From Ascidiella aspersa (lineage: Eukaryota): 64,000 nt of DNA. Below are positions 23,001 to 35,924 of this stretch, one piece after another. The translations under genes were made by a program, and so were the position numbers. Below the pieces are notes generated by a model, which saw only the letters and a list, made by a program, of their open reading frames with translations, was not told the origin of the DNA and did no database searches. How positions within the stretch are numbered: position 1 is the stretch's first letter; each line of letters begins with the position of its first letter. The DNA lies in assembly GCA_963924565.1 (NCBI GenBank), contig OZ004607.1:7936001-8000000 (forward strand), written 5' to 3'.

Positions 23001-26000
23001 ATGCGCTGTTCCAAAATCCTGCAAACCAATTTGTTAAACTGCAATGTATTATCCGTCTGTCAGGCTTGGCAATTTCATGCGTTTTTCCATTACCCCGCTG
23101 TTTTTTGTTTAATATCACTCAGAAGACATGTCCACAACCAGACTCAAACATGGAAGCGATAGTGATAATTTTGCTTAGATTTGCATTACCAGGGACTCTT
23201 GGTACGAGATGTTTTGTACAAAACAATCCTTTTTACTCATCACTTTCGAAAATATATGCGAGATATTCTTATGTGAATTTACAACAGTGACGCTTGTCAT
23301 TCAAGAAGGGCTGGGTCATGAAAAGAAAGTAGGTTGATCGCTGTAAGAGTGTCGATACTTGTGATAAACCGTAACAATCCCAACTTCAGTTATCGGCGTA
23401 TATGTAGATTCAACGATATAAACGTTTAAAATAGCAGCTTAAGTTTTAAATCTTTTCGATTTGGAGGAGTCGGGTTTCGATAAACCAACCCTCGGAACTC
23501 GCTGCCTGAAATCCCAAGCCAGCGACTGCCACAAGAGCGGGTGATTTAGGGTCGCTGCAACAACAGCGTAATTAGCGCTGTCCTGCCGAATTGGTCCCCC
23601 AGATGCCATAAACTTTATTCGCGGGCAAAGCACGTATGGTGCGCGCTACGCATAAGATTGCCTCTGGTGCAACGCAGATGACCCAACTGCTTCTATTGAA
23701 CGTGTTCCAAGGTTAAAGTTGGAATATCAAGGTACTTTTGGGTGTTAAAAGTAGTCGAGGCTTTCAAGTCACACCGTATATGACTGTTTGTGGAAGTCTA
23801 GAAAGTTTTTGTTATCGTATAAAGGTGTCATGTGGCAGTTAATCAAACTTGTGGTATGTTTTTGCCTCAGTGTACAATTAGGCTTCTGTGCTGCTTTTTA
23901 CAACGGGACAAATTATGCTTTAGAGGTTTAAGCTGTATTTTTTTCATTTAAGTTTTCTATCCTAAAAACACAAAATTCTACGAAACTTTCTCAGAGAAAT
24001 AGCAGAGAAGTTATCAGAGAGAGAAGTTATTCACTCACGAAGGGAGTTTGTATATTGCAAGTCTCAGTAGTATGCTGTTAGTTGCCAGTTTATATTCCCA
24101 TAGGACAGGATGGGCAAGGTTTTTGAAGCGGGTCTGCATCAAAACGGAAAATGTCCAGGATCTCCAGGTGAAAAGAAAGATCCGAAGTTTTTATAATATA
24201 AACTTTATAGTTTAGAATATAAAGTCTGAAGGCGTTTTTGTAAATATTCCAAAGCAACAAGGCTATTATAATAGGTTGCCGAAACATTGGTTAACAATAA
24301 GAATTACCAGAGGAGATGTCTTTTTTGGCAAACTAAAGCATAAGTAGCATTGATTTGACAAACTGGTAAGAGAAGGAAAAAAGTAAGTTTTCTTTAATTC
24401 AAAAAGATATTCTAAGATAATGTAAAAACGAAGATACTTATTTTTGCTTAAAAATGTTCAATGGAAACTAAGTCGCATTGAAATGCTTGGACGGTCGCCC
24501 CTGTAGTCTACTTAAGGGGTAGTAATAGGGAACAAAATCAAAATTTAGGGAGCACAGAATTGAAATTCGGGTCTCGCGGGCCGAGCAATTTATAAGCGGG
24601 CGAAAAGTATGAGGCGTCCCGTTGCTGCAAAAAGCGTAGTAATCGTCAAATATGCGCTAGCGAAGCTGTGGTGTGTGATTCAAAAGCACATGCGGATAAG
24701 ATTTACTACTTGGTCGGCTGCAGTAGAGAAAATAACAACAACAAAAAAAGATGTTTATTGATGTAGTGAAAAAATGTTCATTCAAGTTGTTAATATATTT
24801 ATTTTGTTTAGTATGTGTGGTCAGAATTTGTGAACAATGACGATTGCCCATTCGGTTTCGGCGCGTTGGAATATCCTAGAAACGATTTAGCCCGAATGAG
24901 GTGAACTGTTGCGGTTTCGGAAGTGATCGAGACACAATTGGTTTTGAAAACTCGCCAAGGGCTGAAAAGGGGTAAAAAACATGGTTGAAAGGGCAGTGAG
25001 ACACTTTCGAAGTGACCATGCTAAAAATGAGCCCATTTTAGGACATTTCGATAATGGATTTATGTTATATTTGTAAACTCCTTAAAAAACTTAATAATGT
25101 GCCATAAGCAAAATACCTGTGCTTAATACAACTAATCCATTTCTTAAGCAGCAAACATTTAAGAAAACCTTTGTTACATCTGGTGTAGTTTTAGGTTAAT
25201 GGTTTACCTGCATAGCAATTGCATGACTTCTGTCGTATATAGAGCAAAGTATAAAATTACTAAGTGGCGACCAAGTGGCGACTTTAGCTCAACTTTTTGC
25301 ATCTAGCATTTTTTTTTCTGTTTCTAAAGGCATAGTTTTCCTTTCTTGTTTACAATTCTTTCCGTTTTGGGGGAAATTGTACTGGTTAAGTAGGAGGATA
25401 GGCGTGCAAAGCATAACATAGCTGCATTTTAGCTCAAGATTAAAGGGGGTTAAAACGGTGACAATAAGAGCAAATAGATGTGGTAATATTGCGTAAATTG
25501 TGTCACCCAGGTAATCAATTCTATAGTCATGGCGTTTAGTCTAATTGTTATGTAATATTTAAAAGTTTGCGTTGCCTCACTGACAGGATACCTTTAACCA
25601 TTTGCAAACAAAAAACTTTACAATCAGTAGATGAATGTTTAGATATTAAACGTGAAAGCTTTAACAAAAATTGGAAAATTTACTTCTAGAGGATCAATAG
25701 GCACTGTAACCTATTAAAAGTACGCTTTCGGTTGTTTGAGAAAGAAAACGTGTAAAAAAACTCGTACACTAACACTTACGACCCAAAATCCACTTTTAAT
25801 TTCCGAAACTGTCCTATCCCAGTGTATTTTACTGCAGGAGTAACTAAAATAGGATATTTAATGAGAAAATCGTAATCTTTGAGGCAACGCGTTGCAATCT
25901 TATTGAGAGTTTGAAGTCGGCATGAAATGTTGCTTGTTTCCCTAGTTGTCGTTTTATTGCGTCCCCAGATTTTCGCAGCCTCAGGTCTATTCAATGGGGT

Positions 26001-26454
26001 CCTGAATAGCTTTACCCAATTATGGACATACGAAGTGTGTATGGAATTTATTTGCATCGCTTATTTGGCGCGGTGAGTCACAAGGTTAGTGGTGCCAACT
26101 GCCAAGGTTAGCATCACAACCGCATCTCTATAAAAGTCAGACGATATCAGTTGATCCCGGGTGCATGCGGTTACCTTGGCAGGACGTACTGTTACAAGGA
26201 GAAAAGCGACATTTGTAAGTCAAATGTAGCGATCAAACGGCCGACGACATCACTCACCGCCTAAATTATCCAACTATGTTCCACACCAGCGGTAAACAGC
26301 ACGCGGTTCGCCGAATATCCTCAGGGAAAACGCCGTCGATTCCCTGACACCCTTGAGGGGTCGGCGGATCTCAACTTCGCCGAGGTCACGTAAAGCACTG
26401 GGGTTCCAATCGGTTGTTAAGGACTATATAGGTGGAAGCGGATGTTTTGTGTGG

Positions 26455-27065
26455 GGATATCATATTTTGTGTTGTTCAGCTTCTGTGTAGTTTCTATTAA
26501 ACTGATGTTTATTTTAATACCAATTTGAAGTCTTTATAAAATAATTGAGCCCAGTCACTATCATCACTCCTGAAAGGTAAATGTTTTACAAACACTTAGG
26601 GCTTCTGTTTATAGCTTCAATATTTGGACTGTTGTAATTGTAACAACGTTAAAGGCTTCATAAAATAATTGAGCCCCTCATTATAACAAGGGCACAGCTA
26701 GAAGGTCAATGATTTGGGTGTAAGATATCATATTTTGTTCACCGCAAAAGAAACACTTTTTGGTACAAAATAGAAGCTTCTGTGTATAGTTTCAATATTT
26801 GGACTGTTGTAATTGTAAGAACGGTAAAGGCTTCATGAAATAATTGAGCCCATCACTATAATAAGGGCACAGCTAGAAGGTAAATGTTTCGGGTGTAAGA
26901 TATCATATTTTGTTCACCGCAAAGTTAACGCCTTTTTGCTTTCCCGCAATCCCAAATAACCTTCCGTGTAGTTCCGATTGAAATTTTGTATTTGTAAGAC
27001 GCAGTTAGAATCTTCAGGAAATAAATAAGCGCCCAACATCATTAGGATAGACTTTTACAGGTTAA
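26455..27065. repeat. Degenerate tandem repeat, unit ~175 bp, about 3 copies
   Basis: Recurring GATATCATATTTTGT (26456, ~26724, 26899) and AAATAATTGAGCCC (~26539, 26663, ~26838). Confidence 0.8.
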
Positions 27066-30000
27066 GTTTCACCAATATGTTTGTGGAATGTCCTTGCAAA
27101 GACTTATAGAGCTGTCCACTTTCGTTTATGTGGTTGAGAATGTTACCCGCATCAATCAGATAGATAGTTAAAGAAATAACATATGATTAAGTATGTAAAT
27201 ATTCGTTTGAGCAGAGCAATTTGATTTTCGCATTGAAAATGCCACCCAGCGGGTTTCGACCAACCTAAAAAAGGTTTACATGCTATGCTTTCGAGCAGAT
27301 GATTTAGATAAAAACTTAATTACTTGGCATGGTAAAGCATTGGAAATAACTATTGCCTTTTTAACTGAGTACTCATAGCGGCCTTTTTGCTTACATTTTT
27401 TTATTATTATGCAGTTTTGAGTAATCGTCTACGATAGCTAAAGAACAGATTGCTGACAGACACTTGGAATCATGGTGTTTCCCCTTTTTTGTAAAGTTGT
27501 GCAGTCATGTCTTGCGTGACTAACCTCTTAGCGTCAACTGGAGTGAAATCTAGCAGCTATCGTCGATGCGCAATATTCGGCCACATTTGGCGGCCATTAC
27601 GCAAAGGGCCATCGTTAACCTTTGGTCGTTTTAAAGTAGACCGTTTGTTGTCAATGAGTGATTCTTCTGGCAAAAAAAAAATGAAAAAGCGTACACTTTT
27701 CGGAGCGCAAACCCGAGCGAAAAACATTATAAATGTGTTTACAGTTAATAATGGATTCGGCTAATTTGCATGCGGACACAAAGTCTGGCCATTTTTTACC
27801 GTCGCCCCAATTTAGTTCATCGACGAGCAGACGTTATTGGCGTGAGAAATGTTGATATTAAGGTAAAAGTAGCGGTTGGTGCCTCCGAATTTGTTGCGTA
27901 ATTCATTCCTGGCTGGTTCCTGTCAATCTGGTCAGTACAAAGGCACATAACGCTACCAAACAGAGGTTACTGCACACTACCGCTACACGCTCTTCAAAGG
28001 AATGGAAATGTCCTTTAGAATGGAAAAGTCCTAGAAAATATGTTGAAAAGTTGATATTTGAAGCGCTTGTGAACCTTGGTAAGAAGTTGATTGGAAATTG
28101 AAGTGACAAGAATATTCTCGCGTCGCAAGAGGTCGCTGTCTAAAGTGGCCTCGAAAACACTCGTATGCGATAATCGTAAATTGATTATTATAAATAATAA
28201 TACAAAAAAGCATACTAAAAAGTATAAAATAATACCCACGTCGCAAGCGCAAAAGGTTAAGTCACAAAGCAAACACAAACCTAAAAAACAGAACGAGAAA
28301 CCGCACCAGCGCAAAAAAAAGGCCCCCAAGGGTCGCCGTTTGAAGTAGGGCCCTGTAAGCCGTCCGAGATCTATCACATCACATCGCTTCGGTGCCGGGC
28401 TTTAACCTAGGGCCATTCGGGCCTACCAGGCCATCCAGGAACAGATGACAGTGCCGGGCCTCGGCCTCCCACCGGGCCGGCACCGCAGGCAAGTCGAATC
28501 CCCGTCGCTATTAGCGCCCTGAGGTCCCGGTGCCGCTCGGCACGACGATTGACGAAAGCCGGCCGCCCGCCGGCCAGATCAGAGGCGGCCCGCGGATCCG
28601 GCGGACCCGGGGAGCCTTATCTCTCGCGCCACCAGCCCGCTCATACGTCATACATCCTACGTCAACCAAAGCCCGGATTCCGAGGCTGTTTTTGAATCCG
28701 GGCGGCCCTGTTTTGTGTTTCACGCGTTTAGGCCATTTTGTTTGCTATTTTTGCGATTTCTTTGGTTTTGCCTATTTTAAACTGTTTGTAAGGCTACAAG
28801 GCCCACAAAATGAGAGCCAAAAATTGTTTTACGACGCATAAATGTTTAAAAGCGCGGAAAACGGACCAAAATGTGGGCCTAAAATAAGGCCTAAATTGGC
28901 CAGCTCTTTAGCGCAAAGGGTGAGAATTCTCTGGCGTTCTTTGTGGCCAGCAGCTGCCTTCGCTGGGCCGGTTGTGACGATGAAAGGGCGACCTTATCTT
29001 CCCCGATGCGAGTGTGGGAAAAAGCCTGGCGGGTGGGTATCCCCTCCCCCTCTAACCTCGAACACTTGACTCTTTGGTTGGAGAGATCGCTCGTGATTCA
29101 GCGAAATCAAAAACTTGATAAAGACCTAGGTGGGCGCGAGTTTGTGTGTTGGTGCTGTTTTCTACCCACCAGTGTCGCGAAATGTGAAAATTAGAGGCAA
29201 AATTGCAATCACACTCGTCGTGAGCGAGTGACTGTGTTTTCGTTGGTTGTGCTTTGTACCCGTTGTTTGAGCCAGTTCTTCAAAAATACAAAACGAACGA
29301 TGATGATGGTCCTCACCTTAAACTTAAAGACCTGAGATCTCTGTAAGTTCAAAACTGTTCATTTCCTAGTCCAATTTGCGGGCAACGAATTTTACCTTTC
29401 ACCATTGAAAAATAAATTAAGGAGACTGCAAAGGCCAATAAACCACATCATTCCAACGGTTTTGTGATAAGTGCGACGAAAATAATTTCCATTGCATTTT
29501 AAATTTACCAAAAGGGGATTTTTTAAGGCTGAAGTTTCCGCAGAAATAAGCGATCTATTTATGCCGAGGCTTACACAACCAGACAAACCTTTAGTAGGCT
29601 ATATCGCCTAAAATTTACTCTTTTTTGGGGGGGGGGGTTGAAGATTTCACAGTATTAGTGGTGATACATCTTATACCGACGCTAACGCCGTTAGACATTG
29701 AAACACGTCGCAAAAATATTATCATTTTAGTTCATCGCCCGACGGCTTAATTACTCTTGTCACCGTGACGTCACACCAATTATCTTTTAATTCGCAACGG
29801 CGAATGCTTCGTGTGGTTTGGCGAAGGCGAGACGCATCGCATCAAAACGACGTTTACCTTTGCTTGGCGAAGTCAAGCTTATCAAGGCGTCAGCTAAGGC
29901 TTGGTTGTAAGGGTTATTTGGAACCGTTTTAGCTTCGGAACAAAGTGAGGCGTCAGCGCAAATGCATCCATTTTCTGTAAAAAACTTAACAGCTGTTCTA

Positions 30001-33000
30001 AAAATCTCAACACACCGTATTGACGTAGGGTTGTTGCAAACGTCTGAATTATTATTAATAGGAGAACAGCCAATTTAATCCCCCCCAACAGCTCATGCTA
30101 ATTTCAATCCATATGGCGCGCATTTTCCAAGCAATGAGGCACCCATTCATTCGGAACTTTAAATAAATATTACTCGAGGAATTACGTCACACGGAGTCAT
30201 TCCAGAGAATGAGTCACACACTGACGTCATCAAAAATCGAAAGCGGAAAGCTTCTCGTAATGTAATGCGGTTCGACCGGTAAGTTTTCCTTGCGTCATTA
30301 AACACGAGCGACCTTTGCTTAAAGACGAGAAGGCTAAATTTAGCAAATCGCCGTTCGCCTGCTTAAAAATGCAAAACGTTGTTCGGGCAGGCTCGAAACA
30401 GCACAGAGAAGCAGCCAAAGCAGAAAAAACACGAACAAGGGGAGCAGCGCTTAAGTTCTAACTCGGCCGCTCGCCCTTCCGCAATCGATAGAGCGCAGAA
30501 TTGGCGTGCGCCCGATTGGGATTAGCCTCGCTACGAGTAAGGGTCGCCGCTGCAGCGAAACAGGATAACAAGACACGCGGGCAGACGAACGAGCAAGGCA
30601 ACGGACCGCGGCCAAATCCCACCAGGGATCAATCGCTCCTTTGCCGGTTTGCGCAAGCTTGCAGTGCTGTTTTGCCTGCCCAGGTTGACGAAAAAGTCCG
30701 GACGCCGCGTTACGTATAATAAAACCGTTTAAAAAGTGGACGATTTTCCTCTTTTGGTGTTTTTAATTAAGGGGCGTCTAAACCGCCGGTGCGTTTACGA
30801 AAAGAACAGGTTCGATTTGTATCCAAAGGGTTTATAAGTGGGAGAAAACCTATCAGCAAAATCGTTGAACTTTTAAAATGACTAAATTAAAACCAGATAA
30901 ATAGGCTCTTAAAGAAACAAAAATATTACAACGACCTGTGGAATATAGACTTCATAACGATCCATTTTCCAATTTTATTTTACTTACTCAAAATAAACTG
31001 TAGAAACTTTTTTTTTTGTGACAAAGTTGTTCGGAAAACGGTCATCAATATTTAATACGTAATTCTACGGTGACTTACCGAAGCTTCGAGAACCGGGAAC
31101 TCAGAAACGCCGTGTTACATAATGACAAGTTCCCGAATTTTTGCCAAGTAACCTATCGAACGACATAAGCGGGCTTTGGGTTTATCGACCCCACAATACA
31201 GTAAATCGTTACTCTGACTCAGACATTTGTTAGCTTCCTACGGACTTAGTTCTATACAAGTCGAAAACTGAATTGCGGAGTTTGTAGCACAGTTGCTCTT
31301 GCGTAGCGAATTCCCAAGGGTTCTTACGGTATTTTAACACAGCTAGGCCGTCAATGGAGCAAAGTGGAAATCGTTCTAATTACTTAAATATGAGGTCACC
31401 TTAGAACGCCAGAACTCAAACCCCCAGTTGGACGACCACTCCATTTTTCCTGATTTTCATTAAAGAAAATTTTACTGTATTGGGTTGGTTGGATGACAGG
31501 CTGACGACATCAATTGAATATTAGATCTCCTTGGTAGCTCTAAGCTTTAATGTTAATCAGAAGGCGGACGACCACTTTACCTGATTTAAAACAACGCTAT
31601 CCCTTCAAAACAAAGTTCGCAAAAAACGGCGACCAGGCAAAATTTAAAAACGACAGGCAAACAATTAAAATTGAAACACAACGATTTAAAATATAATGAC
31701 AACATTTGCGTTGTTTTCCAAAACGTTTCGGCAAAAAAGAGTGACGTCAATCCCTGGGCGTGAATCTCGGCGAAACCGATCAGGTGACGTCATAAACGGG
31801 CGTCGCGGCGCGCGCGGGGCGTTAAGTAAGTCATCGAGGATCGAAACTCGCCATGGGACGCCCGAGTGAGGTTAATTAAACGGCGGGCAAGCGCGCATGA
31901 ATATCGTGGCGGTGTTATATCGATTTTCGCACGCGCGCGCGCGCGCCTTAACCTCGGATATTGTCGAAACCTAATTAAATCGCAACTTGCCTCGTGCATT
32001 TGATTTCGTCAATTGGTGAGGTTTTTTTTTAATTTTCGAAGCCTATTCTGCTTCGTGCCCCTTTACAATGTTTAAAGGGGCATAATGAAGTGTTTGGCGA
32101 ACATGTGTTTAATTTGTGTAAGGTAACCAAACCAGAGACTTTTTATTTCTCTATTTGTACTATTTTCTCTATTTGTACATCTTTTTTCTTGTTGGTATTT
32201 TATATTGTTTCTAAAATATTATTAACCCCAACAAAGATTTGTTAAATTGCTTTCTGAATTTGCCAATTTTTTTTCTGTTTTTTTCTATTGCCCATAGACC
32301 ATGCAGTCATTACTTTGTGTGCGAAAACAGGTCAATCTGAAAAAAATGGCCACTTTTAAAGGTGAATTGGACTAGTAGTCTACAAAGGCGTTGGTTGAAA
32401 ACAAAGGAATATTGACGAACCCAAACCACAGATTTTTTTTGCGAAAGTTTGTTATTTAGTGAGTAGCAATTCACAAAATTCCAAACAAATTTAAGTGGAC
32501 GTTTTTCGGGAATTCAAATTATTCCAAATCTACGGTTAAAAAATGAAAATTATGTGATGATCATACTGTTTCTATTCGTTAAGTTTAAAAACGAAAATAA
32601 TTTGCCACATGCGAATCCATCCTAAGAAACGCACGCAGTTTTGTCCGTGTATCAGTTCCGCCGAGAATGCAAACAGAAAAGAAAACACGACTCCTGCAGA
32701 TTTTCAGCTCCGCTTAACACCCGTGACTTGCTCGATTCGCCAAGCGGGCGGGGAATTTTGCAATTGAATTGCCGTTTTTCCTTCAAGCGCCGAGACTTGG
32801 GGCATGATTGATGCTCATGAATTATGCACGCTGACCTTGTTTTGCGCGAGCGATTTCATATATGGATCCGCAATTCGATTAGTACGCGTATCGTTGCGCT
32901 GTGGTGAACACTAGAGTTTGTGTTTGCTCGCCAATACCGGAAGTCTTGGCTGGGCATCCATGTTGTTCGATTTTTTTCGGTGGTTGCGGGTTTGTGATAC

Positions 33001-35666
33001 AGGCGGTTGTCAAATTACCTGTAAGCCGTTAACCAAATTATTTAGAAATCGTCGTCTAGTGCCCGGAAAGTTTTTCCGTTCATTCTGGCTGAAATGGCGT
33101 TCGCTAAGGTTATACCAATAGTTTTTAAAGTTTTAAGTTCTTCTTTTCGAAAAAAATATTTCTACTTTTCAAATAGAATAGCAGTGTCGCTAATTAGACA
33201 TGAATATAAAAAAATTGTACTAGAAGCATGTCATGCTCGTAACAAGACGAATTCGAGTTTAAGCTGTTTTTATACTTAAATATGTCACCAGAACAAAATG
33301 TAAATTTAAGTATAACAAAGCGGTAAAGAGTATAGCTAAATACAGCGGTTTAATCAGAAGTTTGGAACAACCGAAAAGGTATCTTTAAAGTTTTACCCTT
33401 GTATTTCAAAATCATAATTTTAATAGTAATGAAAAAATCATTTGAAAAAGTACAACCAAATATCGAAAAAAATATTTTTTATCAACTCTTTTTTTATCAA
33501 CCCCGCGATCATAAGCGCAAAATTAAAAAAATCCTTAGGTACAACGACGTTTATCTTTCTTGGAAATTAACGCTCGTCTCACCTGCCCGATTCGAGCCGC
33601 TGGGTGTCAGCACAGGGCTAATATACGTTCGGTGTGAAAAGTCATCTTCGTTGGTTGCGGGATGCACCGGCATTAGCGACTGCGTGGCGCGAAATTTCAT
33701 TTTCTTTCAAGAATATTATCGGACGATTAAACGTCGCTTCATTGACCCGACTCGCAAGGCATCGATCCGTGCAGGCGCCGCGCTGCCAAAAATCGGCTTA
33801 TTGGCCGACATATTAATCCACGGCTTAAAGCGTGAAAATCGACACTTCGCCCTGCGCATTAGCTGGGGGGGTCGAAAACTGAGGGTTTTGGAAACAAACT
33901 ACCTTGCTTAAAATGTCGATTGATTTTTATCTTATTAAATCAATAAACCTACCTTCATCATCCTTACTGTGTTTTTTTTTTTCGGTGAACTTTTTGTTGT
34001 TTTAACATTTGCGACTTTAATTCAAGCAGAATTGTATTAATTATGCGTTCGAAGTACTTTGGCGATGCTTTAAAATACCTTTTTATAATTCTCTATCTTG
34101 AAAATATTTGATCCAAACCTGATTTTATCCAAGAGGATGGAAACAGCACTCGTTTTTTCCTCAAGGACAGAGCGGTCTGAAAAGAAAACTATTTTGCTGT
34201 TGATTAACTAAGCATTTTACAAATTATGCGCAGTTGTTTTCTATTCTCGCGGATGTTTTTCAAAATATGCCGTCATTTAGGGTTTCTGATTGCAATTTGT
34301 GCCACTCCTGGAGGCCAGAAAGCTCCTAATCAAGTCAGTTGGGGTACAAGGCAATATTTTCAAATAACCCATAGTTAATATGGGCACCGAAGTCGAAACT
34401 TTAAAAGCCTTTTAACCTATTTTGAAGATCTTTGTTGATACACATGCTCTATTTGAGAGGAACATCATTTTAAACTATTAGGAACAGACATCGTTTTTGA
34501 AAATATTTTCACACGTTAAGGTTGATTTTGCCGGAATTGCAAAATATCAGCATTATAGTATTCGCCTGAGCTTAAAAACAACACCAATATTTAAATAGAG
34601 CCAGTACGACCTTGCCGCACTTTTCAGAAGGCTCAAGTTCGCAGGTCACGTGACTCCGACACGCGCGAGGGGGTTCGAAGTGGGGGGGAGGGGTCTTCGA
34701 TCGACCCTCGACCAATTGTTCGCTGGCAATCGACGCTAATCGCCCGTCGTTGCACGCGCGTAATCGGCTTTAGCGAAATGCAATCGCCGGCCACCAACTC
34801 TGGACATATGCGTCGCCACTTGTCCACTGCATATAGCTCGCTCGGCAAACGCGTGACGTCAGTAGTTATTGCCGCTGTGCTGTTCTCGGATTTAGTCGTG
34901 ACGTCACACCTAAAAGTTTACAGTAAAGTGTCTCGATAAGCTGTATCGCGGGCCATTTTCCAGTGATTGTTAACTCTGCCAGCTAATCCTAAACAAACTG
35001 CACGAGCGTTTTTTCAATGTACAGTAGAAGGATAGCAGTTTTGTGCACCTGAGTCAGGCAAAAACAAAAGCAAAAACAAAACTTTTGTCTGGCTGTCGTT
35101 TTAACCATCTTCTCCTGCAAACTTCCGAGTGCTCTGAACTGTGCCCATTTCAAGGCGTTTCCATATTGCCTTCCATTCCAGGGCCGGTTCGCACCATAAG
35201 GTCACTGCGTGGCCACGCCAAAGTTCACTCTCAGAGGTATCGCTGGCGCTTTCGTTGATTGAACGTGGCAGGAACGGATTCCAAACACCGCTGTCTAATT
35301 TTGGAACGCACACGAAACACGAGGCGAAACGGTTCGCGCAAGGTGGTGCTTTATTACGTCATAAATAGTTCTTATTAGTACGAAAATAGAGTGAAATTTT
35401 TACCTGCTGCTTTTTACTCTAGTTAGTTGTGGAACACTTGCAAGAGTAGAAACCCTGTTTATTTCTGTGGAGTGACTTCGCTTGTTAGAGCAGATTGACT
35501 TCATTAGGAGCACTGTTGGCGAAACTCTTCAGTTTAGCCTGCAAAGCATAAAAAGGACAGTTTTATGAAGTCATTTTTAGCCTTCTTTTGACAGTTTCGG
35601 TGTCCCCAAAACACTCTAGCCAAGCTAGCAATTCAGGTCAAACACACGATTAAAAGTTCCCAAAAG

Positions 35667-35688
35667 ATATATATATATATATATATAT
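35667..35688. repeat. (AT)11 microsatellite
   Basis: Direct reading. Confidence 0.9.
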
Positions 35689-35862
35689 AAACAAAAAAAA
35701 ACATTGTCAGTTTATCTTAATTCGATTGAAATCATATTGCTAGCTTTGCTAGAGTATTCTACTGTTATTGATCAGAAATTAAGGCCGACATTAAACTTGC
35801 AGGGGTCAAGGTGATTTCTACTATAACATATTTCAGTACAACACGGTATAGGTGGGCCCAAA

Positions 35863-35924
35863 TCTACCGAAATTCCGTCTGCAGCTTGCTATATCCTCAT
35901 CACACAAGCCGCTCATCAGGGTAT
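35863..35924 (-). ncRNA. Degenerate type I hammerhead ribozyme relic
   Basis: Minus strand CC-CTGATGA-GCGGCTTG..CAAGCTGC-AGAC-GGAA TTTCG-GTA; 8-bp stem II, imperfect stem III, GUA triplet, GAAA box damaged. Confidence 0.45.

Noticed and set aside
31312-31321. COE/EBF-like site TCCCAAGGGT
   Set aside because: Single imperfect match; not distinguishable from chance
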